A stretch of DNA of 64,000 nucleotides, taken from the NCBI GenBank assembly GCA_963745035.1, contig CAVUVW010000021.1, positions 128,001 to 192,000 of the forward strand, in the 5' to 3' direction. A program made the translations under genes and the position numbers. The notes under the pieces are model-generated. The model was not told the DNA's origin, did not search any database, and was given only the letters and a program-made list of their open reading frames with translations. Below, piece by piece: positions 50,007 to 59,623 of the stretch. The stretch comes from an uncultured delta proteobacterium. GTDB taxonomy: Bacteria; Desulfobacterota; Binatia; UBA9968. Each line of letters opens with the position of its first letter. Positions within the stretch are counted from its first letter, which is position 1.

Positions 50007-51212
50007 ATGCTCCGCTTGGCTCGATCGCTGCCGCCGGCACTCGCGCTCGCATTGTCCCTTCTGGTTACGCCGGCGCTCTGCGCGCAATCGCGTCCGTTTC
50101 CCATGCCGGCCGGCTTGGAGGGCGCGGTGGAATTCTGGAAGCGGATCTTTACGCGCTACAGTTTCGCTGAAGTCGTGCTCTTCGATCCGATGGACCCCGC
50201 CACGATCTACAGCGTGGTGCGCGCGCCCGACACCGAAGAGGGACGGGCGCTGGTGGAAAGGGAGCGCGCACGCGTCGCCGCCGAGTACGATCTGGCCGAC
50301 GCGGAGAACCGGCTCCGCAGCCAGCGCGGCGCCAAGGAGCACTTTGCCGAAGGGCTCAGAATTTCCGGGCGTTATATCTCCGAGATGAAAAAAATCTTCC
50401 GCGCCGAAGGCGTGCCCGAGGAGCTGACGTATTTGCCGCTGGTCGAGTCGTCTTTCAACATCCGGGCGCGCTCGTCGGCGGGCGCGGTGGGCATGTGGCA
50501 ATTCATGCCTGACACCGGAAAGAAGTTCCTGCGCATCGACGCGACGGTCGACGAGCGGCGCGATCCCTTCACCTCGACGCGGGCCGCGGCGCGGCTGCTG
50601 AAACAAAACTATCGCCTGTTCGAGAGCTGGCCGTTGGCGATCACCGCGTACAATCACGGCACGGAAGGGATTTTCCGGGGCATGAAGGCGGTGGAGTCCG
50701 ACGATCTGGTGGAATTGATCAAACGCTACCAGTCGCCGACCTTCGGCTTCGCTTCGAAAAACTTTTACGCGGAGTTTCTCGCGGTGGTGGATATCGCCTC
50801 GCGGCAGGAAGTTTACTTTCCGTTTTTGCGTGCCCATCGGCCCGTGGCGCTGCGCGAAGTCGAAGTCAAACGGCAGACGCCGCTGCTCGCGGTGCTGAAG
50901 CCGGCGGCGATTGCGCACGACGATTTTTTCGAATGGAACCCGGCCCTCGAGCGCGACTTAAAGGCGCTGCCGGTGGGCTACCGGATCAAGCTGCCACCGC
51001 AAAAAGTCGACGCCTTCTCGCTGGCCGAGCGCCGCGCCTGGGACGTCGTTTCGAAGAAACCCAGGACTGTAAAAGCGAGCGGCGGCGGACCCAAAAGCGC
51101 TGGCGCCGCCGCTCCAACGCCGGCGCGGTCATCGAGAAAGAGCGTTGCCGCTTCCGCCGCCAAGGCTTCCGCTCCCGCCGTCCGTCGTACGCCCACCAAG
51201 GCCGGTCTGTGA
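50007..51212 (+). CDS. lytic transglycosylase (MltD-like SLT domain)
   Basis: LPLVESSF, AGAVGMWQFM, AITAYNHG. Confidence 0.9.
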   Translation: MLRLARSLPPALALALSLLVTPALCAQSRPFPMPAGLEGAVEFWKRIFTRYSFAEVVLFDPMDPATIYSVVRAPDTEEGRALVERERARVAAEYDLADAENRLRSQRGAKEHFAEGLRISGRYISEMKKIFRAEGVPEELTYLPLVESSFNIRARSSAGAVGMWQFMPDTGKKFLRIDATVDERRDPFTSTRAAARLLKQNYRLFESWPLAITAYNHGTEGIFRGMKAVESDDLVELIKRYQSPTFGFASKNFYAEFLAVVDIASRQEVYFPFLRAHRPVALREVEVKRQTPLLAVLKPAAIAHDDFFEWNPALERDLKALPVGYRIKLPPQKVDAFSLAERRAWDVVSKKPRTVKASGGGPKSAGAAAPTPARSSRKSVAASAAKASAPAVRRTPTKAGL

Positions 51213-51403
51213 CGAAAGATTGGCAAGCATTCTTCAGAGCTAGGTTCGTGGCGACGCTCTTAACTTCGTTTTGAATCTCATTGGAATCAAATTCCCGCAG
51301 TTTGCTGCGTCGCCTACAATAACCTGCGGAGGATTGCGCCGATTCTAGCGGGGTTTGCGTTGGCTTGAAGGCGGGTTGCGTTGTCATATAATGACCGTGC
51401 TTT

Positions 51404-52222
51404 ATGGACGCGGTGTTATTCACGCTCACGGCGGTCGCGTATCTAGTTGCCGCCGGGAGTTTTTTCCTCTATCTGTTCCGCGGCGAGACCGCCGCGCGTC
51501 TGCCGACGGCGCTGTTGTTCGCCGGCTTTCTGGTTCATTCGTGCGCCTTGCTCAGCCGTTTTCTCCAGGACGGTTTCGCCGCGGTGGCGGTGATGGGCTA
51601 TGCGCTGCTGTTTTACGGCTGGCTGATGGTCGGCATCTATTTGCTCGTCCAACTCAGATACCGCCTCGCCATCCTCGGCGGCATCATCGCGCCCTTGGCG
51701 TTTCTCATGACGCTGTCGCCGTTGGTCGTCGGCCGCGGCGCGGGCGAAATTCCCCCGGCGCTGCAAACCTACTGGCTGCCGGTGCACGTGACGCTCGCGT
51801 TTCTCGGCAACGCCGTGCTCGCGCTGGCGTTCGGCGTAAGCCTGATCTATGTGCTGCAAGAGCGCCATCTCAAGAATAAGAAAATGACCGCGTTAATGAA
51901 GCGCTTTCCGCCGCTGGAGTCCTTGGATCGGCTCAACTACGTGCTCCTGGTCTGGGGCTTTCCTTTGATGACCTTGGGAATTCTCACCGGCAGCCTGTGG
52001 GCGGGCATTCACTGGGGCAATTACTGGTCGTGGGATCCGCGGCAGATTTCCTCGGCCGCCGCGTGGCTGCTCTACGGCGCGCTCCTGCACGCGCGCCTCA
52101 CCGCGGGCTTGCGCGGCAAGAAGGCGGCGCTCCTCACCATGTTCGGCTTCTGCGTCGTGCTCGGTTATTTTCTTTGGGGAGAGGCGCTCTTTCCCAGCCG
52201 GCATGGGGGCCGGTTCGAATAG
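51404..52222 (+). CDS. ccsA: cytochrome c assembly protein CcsA-like
   Basis: WLPVHV, TGSLWAGIHWGNYWSWDPR; upstream of hemA. Confidence 0.85.
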   Translation: MDAVLFTLTAVAYLVAAGSFFLYLFRGETAARLPTALLFAGFLVHSCALLSRFLQDGFAAVAVMGYALLFYGWLMVGIYLLVQLRYRLAILGGIIAPLAFLMTLSPLVVGRGAGEIPPALQTYWLPVHVTLAFLGNAVLALAFGVSLIYVLQERHLKNKKMTALMKRFPPLESLDRLNYVLLVWGFPLMTLGILTGSLWAGIHWGNYWSWDPRQISSAAAWLLYGALLHARLTAGLRGKKAALLTMFGFCVVLGYFLWGEALFPSRHGGRFE

Positions 52223-52224
52223 GC

Positions 52225-53511
52225 GTGCGCAAGGACATCGTCATCGTCGGGCTGAACCACCGCAGCGCGCCCATCGATGTGCGCGAAGGCGTCGCATTCG
52301 AGCATTCCTACGTTCGCACTGCGCTCACGCGCCTGCGCCAGTATCCGGCCATGGAAGAAGGCGTCATTCTATCGACGTGCAACCGGGTGGAAGTGGTTGC
52401 GGCGTCGGGCGACTGCCGGGCGGCTGGCGATGCGATCGGCGCCTTTCTTGACGGCCAGCGAGCCGAGCGCCACGGCGCGGCGCTCGACGGTCATATTTAT
52501 CGCCATCAAGGAAGCGAAGCGGTGCGCCATTTGTTTCGCGTCGCCGCCAGCCTCGACTCCATGGTCGTCGGCGAGCCGCAGATCCTCGGCCAGCTCAAGC
52601 AATACTATGACGCGGCGCAGGAGGCGGGCACAGTGGGGACGATTCTCCACCGGCTGTTTCATCGCGCATTCTCGGTCGCCAAACGGGTGCGCACCGAAAC
52701 CGGCATCGGCGCCGGCGCGGTATCGGTCAGCTCGGTGGCGGTCGATCTCGCCAAGCGCATCTTCGACCGCTTCGACGACAAGACCGTGATGCTGATCGGT
52801 GCCGGCAAGATGGGCGACCTGATGGCGCGCTACCTGCGGGGCAGCGGCGTGCAGAGCATGATGGTCACCAACCGCACCTTCGAAAGCGCGGTCGAGCTGG
52901 CGGAAAAAATTCAAGGCAGCCCGATTCGCTTCGAAGACTTCCCACGCTATCTCAAGATGGCCGATCTGGTCATCGGCTGTGCCGGAGCGCCGGACGCGGT
53001 GATCGACGCGCCGACGGTGGAGCGGGTGCTGCGCGAGCGCAAGCAGAAGGCGATGTTTTTCATCGATATCGGTGACCGGCGTAACTTCGACGCCAAGATC
53101 AACGATCTCGACAACGTCTATCTCTACAACATCGACGACTTGAAGAGCGTCGCCGAGGACAACCGGCAGGGACGCGCGAGCGAAGCGGAGAAGGCCGAAG
53201 AGATCGTCCAGGATGAAGTGCAGAGTTTTCTGCGCTGGATGGGGTCGCTGGATCAGGCGCCGACGATCGCCGCTTTGCGCGGTCGCTTCGAAGAGATTCG
53301 CCGCCAGGAAATCGAAAGATCGCTGGGCCGCGGCCTGAAAGACCTGTCGGCGGAGCAGCGCGCCGCGCTCGACGATCTCACCACCGCGATGATCAACAAG
53401 CTGCTGCACGGTCCGATCTCCCAGCTCAAGAAGAGTTCGCCGGACGAGGACGGGGACACGACGCTTTACGTCGCCGCGCTCAAGCGGCTCTTCGATCTGG
53501 AGGGCAAGTGA
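52225..53511 (+). CDS. hemA: glutamyl-tRNA reductase
   Basis: GLNHRSAP, LSTCNRVE, LDSMVVGEPQILGQ, IGAGKMG. Confidence 0.96.
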   Translation: MRKDIVIVGLNHRSAPIDVREGVAFEHSYVRTALTRLRQYPAMEEGVILSTCNRVEVVAASGDCRAAGDAIGAFLDGQRAERHGAALDGHIYRHQGSEAVRHLFRVAASLDSMVVGEPQILGQLKQYYDAAQEAGTVGTILHRLFHRAFSVAKRVRTETGIGAGAVSVSSVAVDLAKRIFDRFDDKTVMLIGAGKMGDLMARYLRGSGVQSMMVTNRTFESAVELAEKIQGSPIRFEDFPRYLKMADLVIGCAGAPDAVIDAPTVERVLRERKQKAMFFIDIGDRRNFDAKINDLDNVYLYNIDDLKSVAEDNRQGRASEAEKAEEIVQDEVQSFLRWMGSLDQAPTIAALRGRFEEIRRQEIERSLGRGLKDLSAEQRAALDDLTTAMINKLLHGPISQLKKSSPDEDGDTTLYVAALKRLFDLEGK

Positions 53512-54419
53512 CGCGCCTGCGCATCGGTACGCGCGGCAGCGCCCTGGCGCTGGCGCAGGCAAACTGGGTGAGGGCGCAGCTTATGGAAAACCAGCCGGAG
53601 CTCGAAATCGAGCTCCGCATCATCAAGACCAGCGGCGACCGGTCGCTGGACACGCCGATTGCGGAGCTCGGCGGCAAGGGAGTCTTCACCAAAGAAATCG
53701 AGGAGGCGTTGCTCGCCGATGAAATCGATCTGGCGGTGCACTCGATGAAGGATTTGCCGCCGAAACTGCCGGACGGGCTGGTGATCGCCGCCGCGCCCAA
53801 AAGAGAAGATCCGCGCGACGTGCTGGTGACGCGGGGAAAGAGCGCTCTTGATGATCTTTGCGCCGGGACAAAGATCGGCACGGGCAGCCTACGCCGCCGC
53901 GCGCAACTGCTGCACGCCCGTCCCGATCTCGCCATCGTGCCGATCCGCGGCAACATCGATACCCGGCTGAAAAAGCTCGACGGAGGCCAAGTCGAGGGTC
54001 TGGTGATGGCGGCGGCGGGCTTGAAGCGCATCGGCCGTGAGGATCGCATCGGTGAATATCTCGCGGATGAGATTTGCGTAAGCGCAGCGGCGCAAGGCGC
54101 CCTCGGCATCGAGACCCGGGAGCAAAGTCCGGCGCGCGCTTATCTGGGGTTTTTGCATGACGAGGAGACATGGTCTGAAGTTGCCGCGGAGCGGGCCTTG
54201 CTCGATTGTCTCGGCGGCGGTTGTCATGTGCCGATCGGCGCACGCGCCCGGCGCAGCGCGGATAAGCTCAGCCTCGTCGGCATCGTCGCAAGCGCTGACG
54301 GGCGGCGTCTTTGCCGGAGCGAGCTCGCCGGCGCTGCCGGCGCGGCGGTGGAGCTGGGCCGCCGCGTGGCCGAGGAATTATTGCAGCAAGGAGCGGCGGA
54401 GCTGGTTGCCGCCGGGTGA
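53508..54419 (+). CDS. hemC: hydroxymethylbilane synthase
   Basis: IGTRGSALALAQ, GKGVFTKEIE, AVHSMKD, LGGGCHVPIG. Confidence 0.96.
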   Translation: MTRLRIGTRGSALALAQANWVRAQLMENQPELEIELRIIKTSGDRSLDTPIAELGGKGVFTKEIEEALLADEIDLAVHSMKDLPPKLPDGLVIAAAPKREDPRDVLVTRGKSALDDLCAGTKIGTGSLRRRAQLLHARPDLAIVPIRGNIDTRLKKLDGGQVEGLVMAAAGLKRIGREDRIGEYLADEICVSAAAQGALGIETREQSPARAYLGFLHDEETWSEVAAERALLDCLGGGCHVPIGARARRSADKLSLVGIVASADGRRLCRSELAGAAGAAVELGRRVAEELLQQGAAELVAAG

Positions 54420-54435
54420 TTTTTTGAGCGGATCG

Positions 54436-55270
54436 GTGGAGCAAGACAACAGAACGGCGGGCGAAGACGCGCCGGAAAAACCGCTGGCGGGCGTGCGCAT
54501 CGTCATCACCCGGGCCGGAGCACAGGCCTCCGGGCTGGCGCGGCAGATCGAGAGCGCCGGCGGCGCGGTCATCGAGTTTCCGACCATCGAGATCCAGCCG
54601 CCCGAAGATTTTGCCGCTTTCGATGCCGCGATCGAGAATATCGAGCAATACGACTGGCTGATTTTTACCAGCGTCAACAGCGTCGCGCCGTTCCTTGCGC
54701 GCCTGCGCCGCGCGGGAAAAGTCGTCGGCGCGCTCGCTTCGCTTCACGTCGGCGCCATCGGTCCGGAAACCGCGCAGCGGCTGTCGTCGGCCGGCATCAC
54801 GGTTTCGCTGGTGCCCGAGCGCTATCAAGCCGAAGGTATCCTCGACGCCGTCAAACCCGAGCTGATGAAAGGCAAGCGCGTTTTGATTCCCCGCGCCGCC
54901 GAAGCGCGGGAAGTCCTGCCGGAAACGCTGCGCTCCTGGGGCGCCGCGGTCGAGGTCGTGGTCGCGTATCGCACCGCGCTTGCGCGAGTGGACGTCGCGC
55001 CGCTGGCCGATTTGCTGCGCGGGCGCGCAATCGACGCCATCACGTTCACGAGCTCGAGCACGGTGAAAAACTTTGTTCGTCTTTTCGACGGCAAGAGTTT
55101 GGCGGAGATTGCTGCGGCGGAGCGCGATCGCCTGCATCGGGCCGATCACCGCGCGCACCGTGGAAGAGGCCGGCGGGCGGCCGGCGATCGTCGCCGAAGA
55201 ATTTACCATCGCGGGGCTCACCCGCGCGATCGTCGCGCATTTTCGATCGGGAACGGTGCGCCGGACATGA
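54436..55270 (+). CDS. hemD: uroporphyrinogen-III synthase (frameshift ~55118)
   Basis: [29 protein letters not shown], then IACIGPITA in the next frame. Confidence 0.9.
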
Positions 55271-55304
55271 GCCCGCGCGCGGAATTGACAGGCTGGAGCG
55301 CTCT

Positions 55305-56288
55305 ATGAATTTTCCGATCTATCGGCCGAGACGCTTACGCCGCAACGAGAAGCTGAGAAACCTGATCCGCGAAACGACCTTGGAGCCGCGGAATTTTATC
55401 TACCCGCTGTTCGTCGGTCCGGGCAAGGACAAAGCGCAGCCGGTTTCTTCGATGCCCGGAATCGCGCAGCTCACCGTGGATCGCGTCGTGGGCGAATGCC
55501 GCGAAGTCAGCGCGCTCGGCATTCCGGCGGTGATCTTGTTCGGCATCCCGGAGCGCAAAGATGCGGCGGGGAGCGAAGCCTACGACGATCGCGGCATCGT
55601 GCAGCAGGCGATTCGCGCCATCAAAGAAACGGTCCCCGAATTGCTCGTCGTCACCGACGTTTGTCTGTGCGAGTACACCGATCACGGCCACTGCGGCGTG
55701 GTCCGAAACGGCGACGTCGATAACGACGCGACCTTGGAGCTGCTGGCGCGGGAGGCGCTGTCGCACGCGCGCGCCGGCGCCGATATCGTGGCGCCGTCCG
55801 ACATGATGGACGGGCGCGTTGCCGCGATCCGCAAGATCCTCGATGAGAATGATTTTGCCGGGACGCCGATCATGGCCTACGCGGCAAAATACGCCTCGGG
55901 TTTTTACGGTCCGTTTCGCGAAGCCGCCGAGTCCACGCCGCAATTCGGCGATCGCCGCTCCTATCAGATGGATCCCGCCAACGCCGAAGAAGCCCTGCGC
56001 GAAGTCGAGCTCGATATCCGCGAAGGAGCCGACATCGTCATGGTCAAGCCCGCGCTCGCGTATCTCGACGTGATCTACCGCGTGAAGCAGAAATTCGGCT
56101 ATCCGCTCGCCGCCTACAACGTGAGCGGCGAGTACTCGATGATCAAGGCGGCGGGTCAAAACGGCTGGATCGACGAGCCGCGCATCATGATGGAAGTTCT
56201 CTACGCCATCCGGCGCGCCGGCGCGGATATGGTGATCAGCTATTTCGCCAAGGAAGCCGCGCGGCTGATTGCGGACGGTCGAGGATAG
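55305..56288 (+). CDS. hemB: porphobilinogen synthase
   Basis: [35 protein letters not shown]. Confidence 0.97.
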   Translation: MNFPIYRPRRLRRNEKLRNLIRETTLEPRNFIYPLFVGPGKDKAQPVSSMPGIAQLTVDRVVGECREVSALGIPAVILFGIPERKDAAGSEAYDDRGIVQQAIRAIKETVPELLVVTDVCLCEYTDHGHCGVVRNGDVDNDATLELLAREALSHARAGADIVAPSDMMDGRVAAIRKILDENDFAGTPIMAYAAKYASGFYGPFREAAESTPQFGDRRSYQMDPANAEEALREVELDIREGADIVMVKPALAYLDVIYRVKQKFGYPLAAYNVSGEYSMIKAAGQNGWIDEPRIMMEVLYAIRRAGADMVISYFAKEAARLIADGRG

Positions 56289-56343
56289 AAGATGGAGGAT
56301 GGAAGATAGCCCGCGATCCTCTATTCTCGATCCTCCATCCTCG
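56281..56343. repeat. inverted pair of 7-nt tandem arrays
   Basis: (GARGATR)x4 then CGATCCT-CTATTCT-CGATCCT-CCATCCT; overlaps hemB stop. Confidence 0.8.
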
Positions 56344-56360
56344 ACCCATTCCGAGCAGGG

Positions 56361-56621
56361 CTAAATCAGGTTCCACAGATCTTTGATCTTGCGCTGAAGG
56401 GTGCGCTCACATTCCGCCTCACGGCCGTCGCCGTGGACCTGGGAAGCGGACAGGCGGAAGATCAGCACGCGTGGCTCTTTCACCAAACGCACGATGTAGG
56501 TGTTTGAATCGGTCTCGAACTCCACGGTGACGCCGATGGCCGGATCGACGCGTTGCGCGATCTCCTGGGCCCACGACTGGAGTTCCGGAGACGCCGCGTC
56601 GCCGCGTTGCGCGCTCAACAT
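56361..56621 (-). CDS. hypothetical protein
   Basis: 86-aa ORF fitting the intergenic gap with typical codon usage. Confidence 0.6.
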   Translation of the reverse strand: MLSAQRGDAASPELQSWAQEIAQRVDPAIGVTVEFETDSNTYIVRLVKEPRVLIFRLSASQVHGDGREAECERTLQRKIKDLWNLI

Positions 56622-56641
56622 CGATGGTTCGGCGCGTGCGG

Positions 56642-57640
56642 TTATTTCTTTTTGTAGAGCCCGTCGATAAAGCCGCTTTGATCGAGCTCTCGGATGAAGC
56701 TTGCGTCGATGAACTGCTCGGGCTTGGCGGTCTTGGCTCGCGGGTCGCGCTCGGCGATATCTTCGAGCACGGTCTTGAGCCCCTCGACGCTGGGGTATTG
56801 CTTTTTCGGATACATGGTCTCGGTCATGACGTTCTCGTAGCTTTTCTCCAGAGTCTCGCGATCGAGCCCGCTGCCCATGTACCGGCTCAATGCCTTGATC
56901 GTAATCTCTTTATCCGTCCACATTCTGTGCACGGCTTCGACATGCGAGCGCACGTAGCGCCGGACGATGTCCGGATGTTCTTTGATATATTTGCGCGTGG
57001 TGGCGGCGCCGGTATGCTGGAAAACCAGCCCCATTTTTGCCACATCGGCAATAGTCGCCAGCCCCTTCTTTTCGGCAATGAAGCTTGACGGTGGGTTAAT
57101 GACGGAGGCGCTCACTCGGCCGGTCAAGGCGGCGCTGAGCCTCTCGGGGCCGCTGCCGACTTGCACCAGGGTCACGTCTTTTCCCGGGGTCAAACCGATT
57201 CTTCGCAGCGCGAACCGGGCGATGGAATCGGTCGCCGACCCGAAGCGGCTGATCGCCACCGTGCCGCCTTTGAGCTGTTCAGCGGATTTGATTCCGGGCT
57301 TGCCCATCAAAACGTAGTTTAGCGAAATTATCCCCGCCGCGACAAAGACCGTATCGGAGCCGGCGAAGGCGCTGTTCACCAGGCCGGGTCCGGAAACCTG
57401 GGTGATCGGCACATCGCCGGAAACCAGCGCCAAAATCGCCGTGGTTCCGCCGGTGAAGAAAATCAATTGCGGATCGAGGCCGTTCTTGGCGAATATGCCG
57501 GACTCCTTGGCGACCCACGCGGGCAATTGATCCGCGCTCGCGGCGCTGTAGCCGACGTTGATCCGGGTTGTCTGGGCGTTAGCGGAGGCGCACACTGCGA
57601 GAAGCGCAATTCCGGAGCATAAGGAAACTATTTTCTTCAT
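56642..57640 (-). CDS. NitT/TauT substrate-binding protein
   Basis: AKESGIFAKNGLD, LKGGTVAISRFGS, YPSVEG. Confidence 0.92.
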   Translation of the reverse strand: MKKIVSLCSGIALLAVCASANAQTTRINVGYSAASADQLPAWVAKESGIFAKNGLDPQLIFFTGGTTAILALVSGDVPITQVSGPGLVNSAFAGSDTVFVAAGIISLNYVLMGKPGIKSAEQLKGGTVAISRFGSATDSIARFALRRIGLTPGKDVTLVQVGSGPERLSAALTGRVSASVINPPSSFIAEKKGLATIADVAKMGLVFQHTGAATTRKYIKEHPDIVRRYVRSHVEAVHRMWTDKEITIKALSRYMGSGLDRETLEKSYENVMTETMYPKKQYPSVEGLKTVLEDIAERDPRAKTAKPEQFIDASFIRELDQSGFIDGLYKKK

Positions 57641-57701
57641 GTTTATTCCCTGGGACGACTCTGATTTCATAAAAGATACTACAGGAGGGGCAGGGCACAG
57701 A

Positions 57702-57737
57702 CAAGAAAGCCCCAGCCGATGGGCCGGGGCTTTCTTG
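57702..57737 (-). terminator. rho-independent terminator-like hairpin
   Basis: CAAGAAAGCCCC...GGGGCTTTCTTG just downstream of the cytochrome stop. Confidence 0.65.
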
Positions 57738-57763
57738 AACACGACATTTCTCGTTCGAAGAAT

Positions 57764-58214
57764 TTACTCAGAATACTTATCGGCACGAAATGCTTTATGG
57801 CAAGAATTGCAGGTCTCGCCGAGTGCTTTGACCTTCGTGCCCACGTCGGCGTCGTTGCCGGCTTTCGCCGCCGCCGCGAGCTCACTTGCGTTCTTGCTCA
57901 GAGTCTTTGGCTTGCTTAACAAATTCTTCGTTCTTTTCCCAAATTTCGTCTTTAGCTTTGGTTTTGCCCGTGGTACTGCCTTTCGGGAATGCACTCGGAA
58001 TCTGATCCGCCGTGCCCATGATGTCTTTGGCTTTGGCTTCCACAGTGGCGTAGTTTTTCGATTCAACGGCCGCCTTAATTTCTTTCGCTGCGGCGCTTTG
58101 CGCTTTCATCAGCTTCTGCCGCTTCTCGATGGCGTCCGCCTGGGCAAACGCTTGAGTTGAAAACGCCAGAGCCGCAGCGCCAAACAGCGCTCCCGTCAAA
58201 AGTTTTCGCACCAT
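57764..58214 (-). CDS. cytochrome c' / c556 (class II), frameshift ~57900
   Basis: Signal peptide, IEKRQKLMK, FPKGS, EIWEK; C-terminal TCNSCHKAFR. Confidence 0.88.
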
Positions 58215-58252
58215 CGAAGAATTTCTCCTTTCCTGTTTGCTGCCCCGATTTT

Positions 58253-58811
58253 TTAGCTGCCCTTGTTGACTTTCTTCACTTCGTTCAAAAGTGCTTCGTT
58301 GAAAGCAGATCCTTTTCGCTATTGCTCGGCCGGATGTCCAAAAAGCGCACGATGCCTTCCTTGTCGATGATTACATAGGAACGCTTGGCGATGCGCCGCG
58401 GCTCATCGTATACACCGAATGCCTGCATCATTTTGGACTACGTGCGTCGCGGTCGCTCCAAAAGCGGATAGTTGATCTTGGCAAAGTCGGCAAAGGCTTT
58501 TTGCGAAAACAGCGCGTTGGCGCTGATGCCCAAAACTTCGGTATTCTCCGCTTGGAACTAGGGATAATTGTCTCGAACCGGACATCTGCAAATCCTTGAT
58601 TCATGTGGGGCTGAAATCGAGCTCGTAGAAGTTAATCAAGACGTTTTTGCCCTTGAGACTGCTGAGTTTCAATTTGCCGCCCTTGGAGCTTTCCAGCTCG
58701 AAGTCCGGCGCCTTTTCACCCACCTGAAGCGCATTGGCCAGTCCCGCCGACGGCAAAGACCAGCGAAAAGGCCATCGCAAGTACTGATAACTTTTTCCTG
58801 TTTGGCGTCAT
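58253..58811 (-). CDS. exported peroxiredoxin-like (AhpC/TSA) protein, putative selenoprotein; several sequence errors
   Basis: LQVGEKAPDFELE...INFYELDFSPT*IKD, EVLGISAN, INYPLL, RSYVIIDKEGIVR; TGA at 58603-58601; RBS AAGGAG. Confidence 0.78.
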
Positions 58812-58892
58812 GGCGCTCTCCTTTTATTGGACGTGTATGGCTGGAATATATTCTACAAAGTGGATGCTTTATCTCGTACAAACCCAACAGTG

Positions 58893-59597
58893 TCAATCCC
58901 CCAATTTGGAGCTGTCCTTGTCCGCCCCATTTGGGGCAAGATCGAGTCCCTCGCGTACCGCGAGCACGGCGGCTTCGGTGCGGTTCTTGACGTCGAGCTT
59001 GCGAAAAAGCGTTTTCAGATGTCCTTTGACGGTCTCCTGGGCGATGCCGGTGAGATCGCTGATCTCCTCGTTGCTCAGCCCTTCGGTCATCAAACGGAGG
59101 ATTTTTACCTCCAAATCCGTCAATCCGAGGCGGGTAGCGGAGGTCGTCGCATGCGACGGCTTGTCGGTTGGGCTGAAAGGCTCGAACCCCTGTAATGACA
59201 GTTGCGCCAAATAGGGAGAGACTTGCGCCTTGCCCGCGTAAGTTTGCCGGATGATATCGATAAATTCGTCGCGATCGGCGTCTTTCAAAACATAGCCGAC
59301 CGCGCCGGCGCGAATCGCCGATCTGATCTTGTCGTCTTCGTGGTGTACGGACAGCATCAGCATTCTGGTTCGTGGCGAGATCGCGCGGATCAGCCGGATC
59401 GCCTTGATCCCGTCCATGCGCGGCATGTCCACGTCGAGAATCGCCAGATCCGGTTCGGTGTCGCGCGCGAGCGCGACCGCCTCCTGGCCGTTGGCGGCTT
59501 CCGCTACGACTTGAATGTCGGTGCCGGTTTCGAGCAGAATTTTGAGGCTCTGGCGAAACAGCCGTTCATCGTCGGCGATGAGGAGTCGGATCGGCAT
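58893..59597 (-). CDS. NarL/LuxR-family response regulator
   Basis: IADD, ILDVDMP, GYVLK, LT..E..IL...GLSNEEI HTH. Confidence 0.93.
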   Translation of the reverse strand: MPIRLLIADDERLFRQSLKILLETGTDIQVVAEAANGQEAVALARDTEPDLAILDVDMPRMDGIKAIRLIRAISPRTRMLMLSVHHEDDKIRSAIRAGAVGYVLKDADRDEFIDIIRQTYAGKAQVSPYLAQLSLQGFEPFSPTDKPSHATTSATRLGLTDLEVKILRLMTEGLSNEEISDLTGIAQETVKGHLKTLFRKLDVKNRTEAAVLAVREGLDLAPNGADKDSSKLGD

Positions 59598-59623
59598 AGG
59601 ACGCAAGCCCGAGCGAGTTGTTA

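Noticed and set aside
55090-55130. Programmed frameshifting in hemD or other broken genes
   Set aside because: No slippery-site plus structure pattern; indel density points to sequencing error
51404-56288. ccsA-hemA-hemC-hemD-hemB cluster as a novelty
   Set aside because: Ordinary arrangement in deltaproteobacterial lineages
58558-58560. In-frame TAG in the peroxiredoxin-like gene as pyrrolysine
   Set aside because: Not at a catalytic position, lies in an error-rich stretch, and there are no pyl genes in the window
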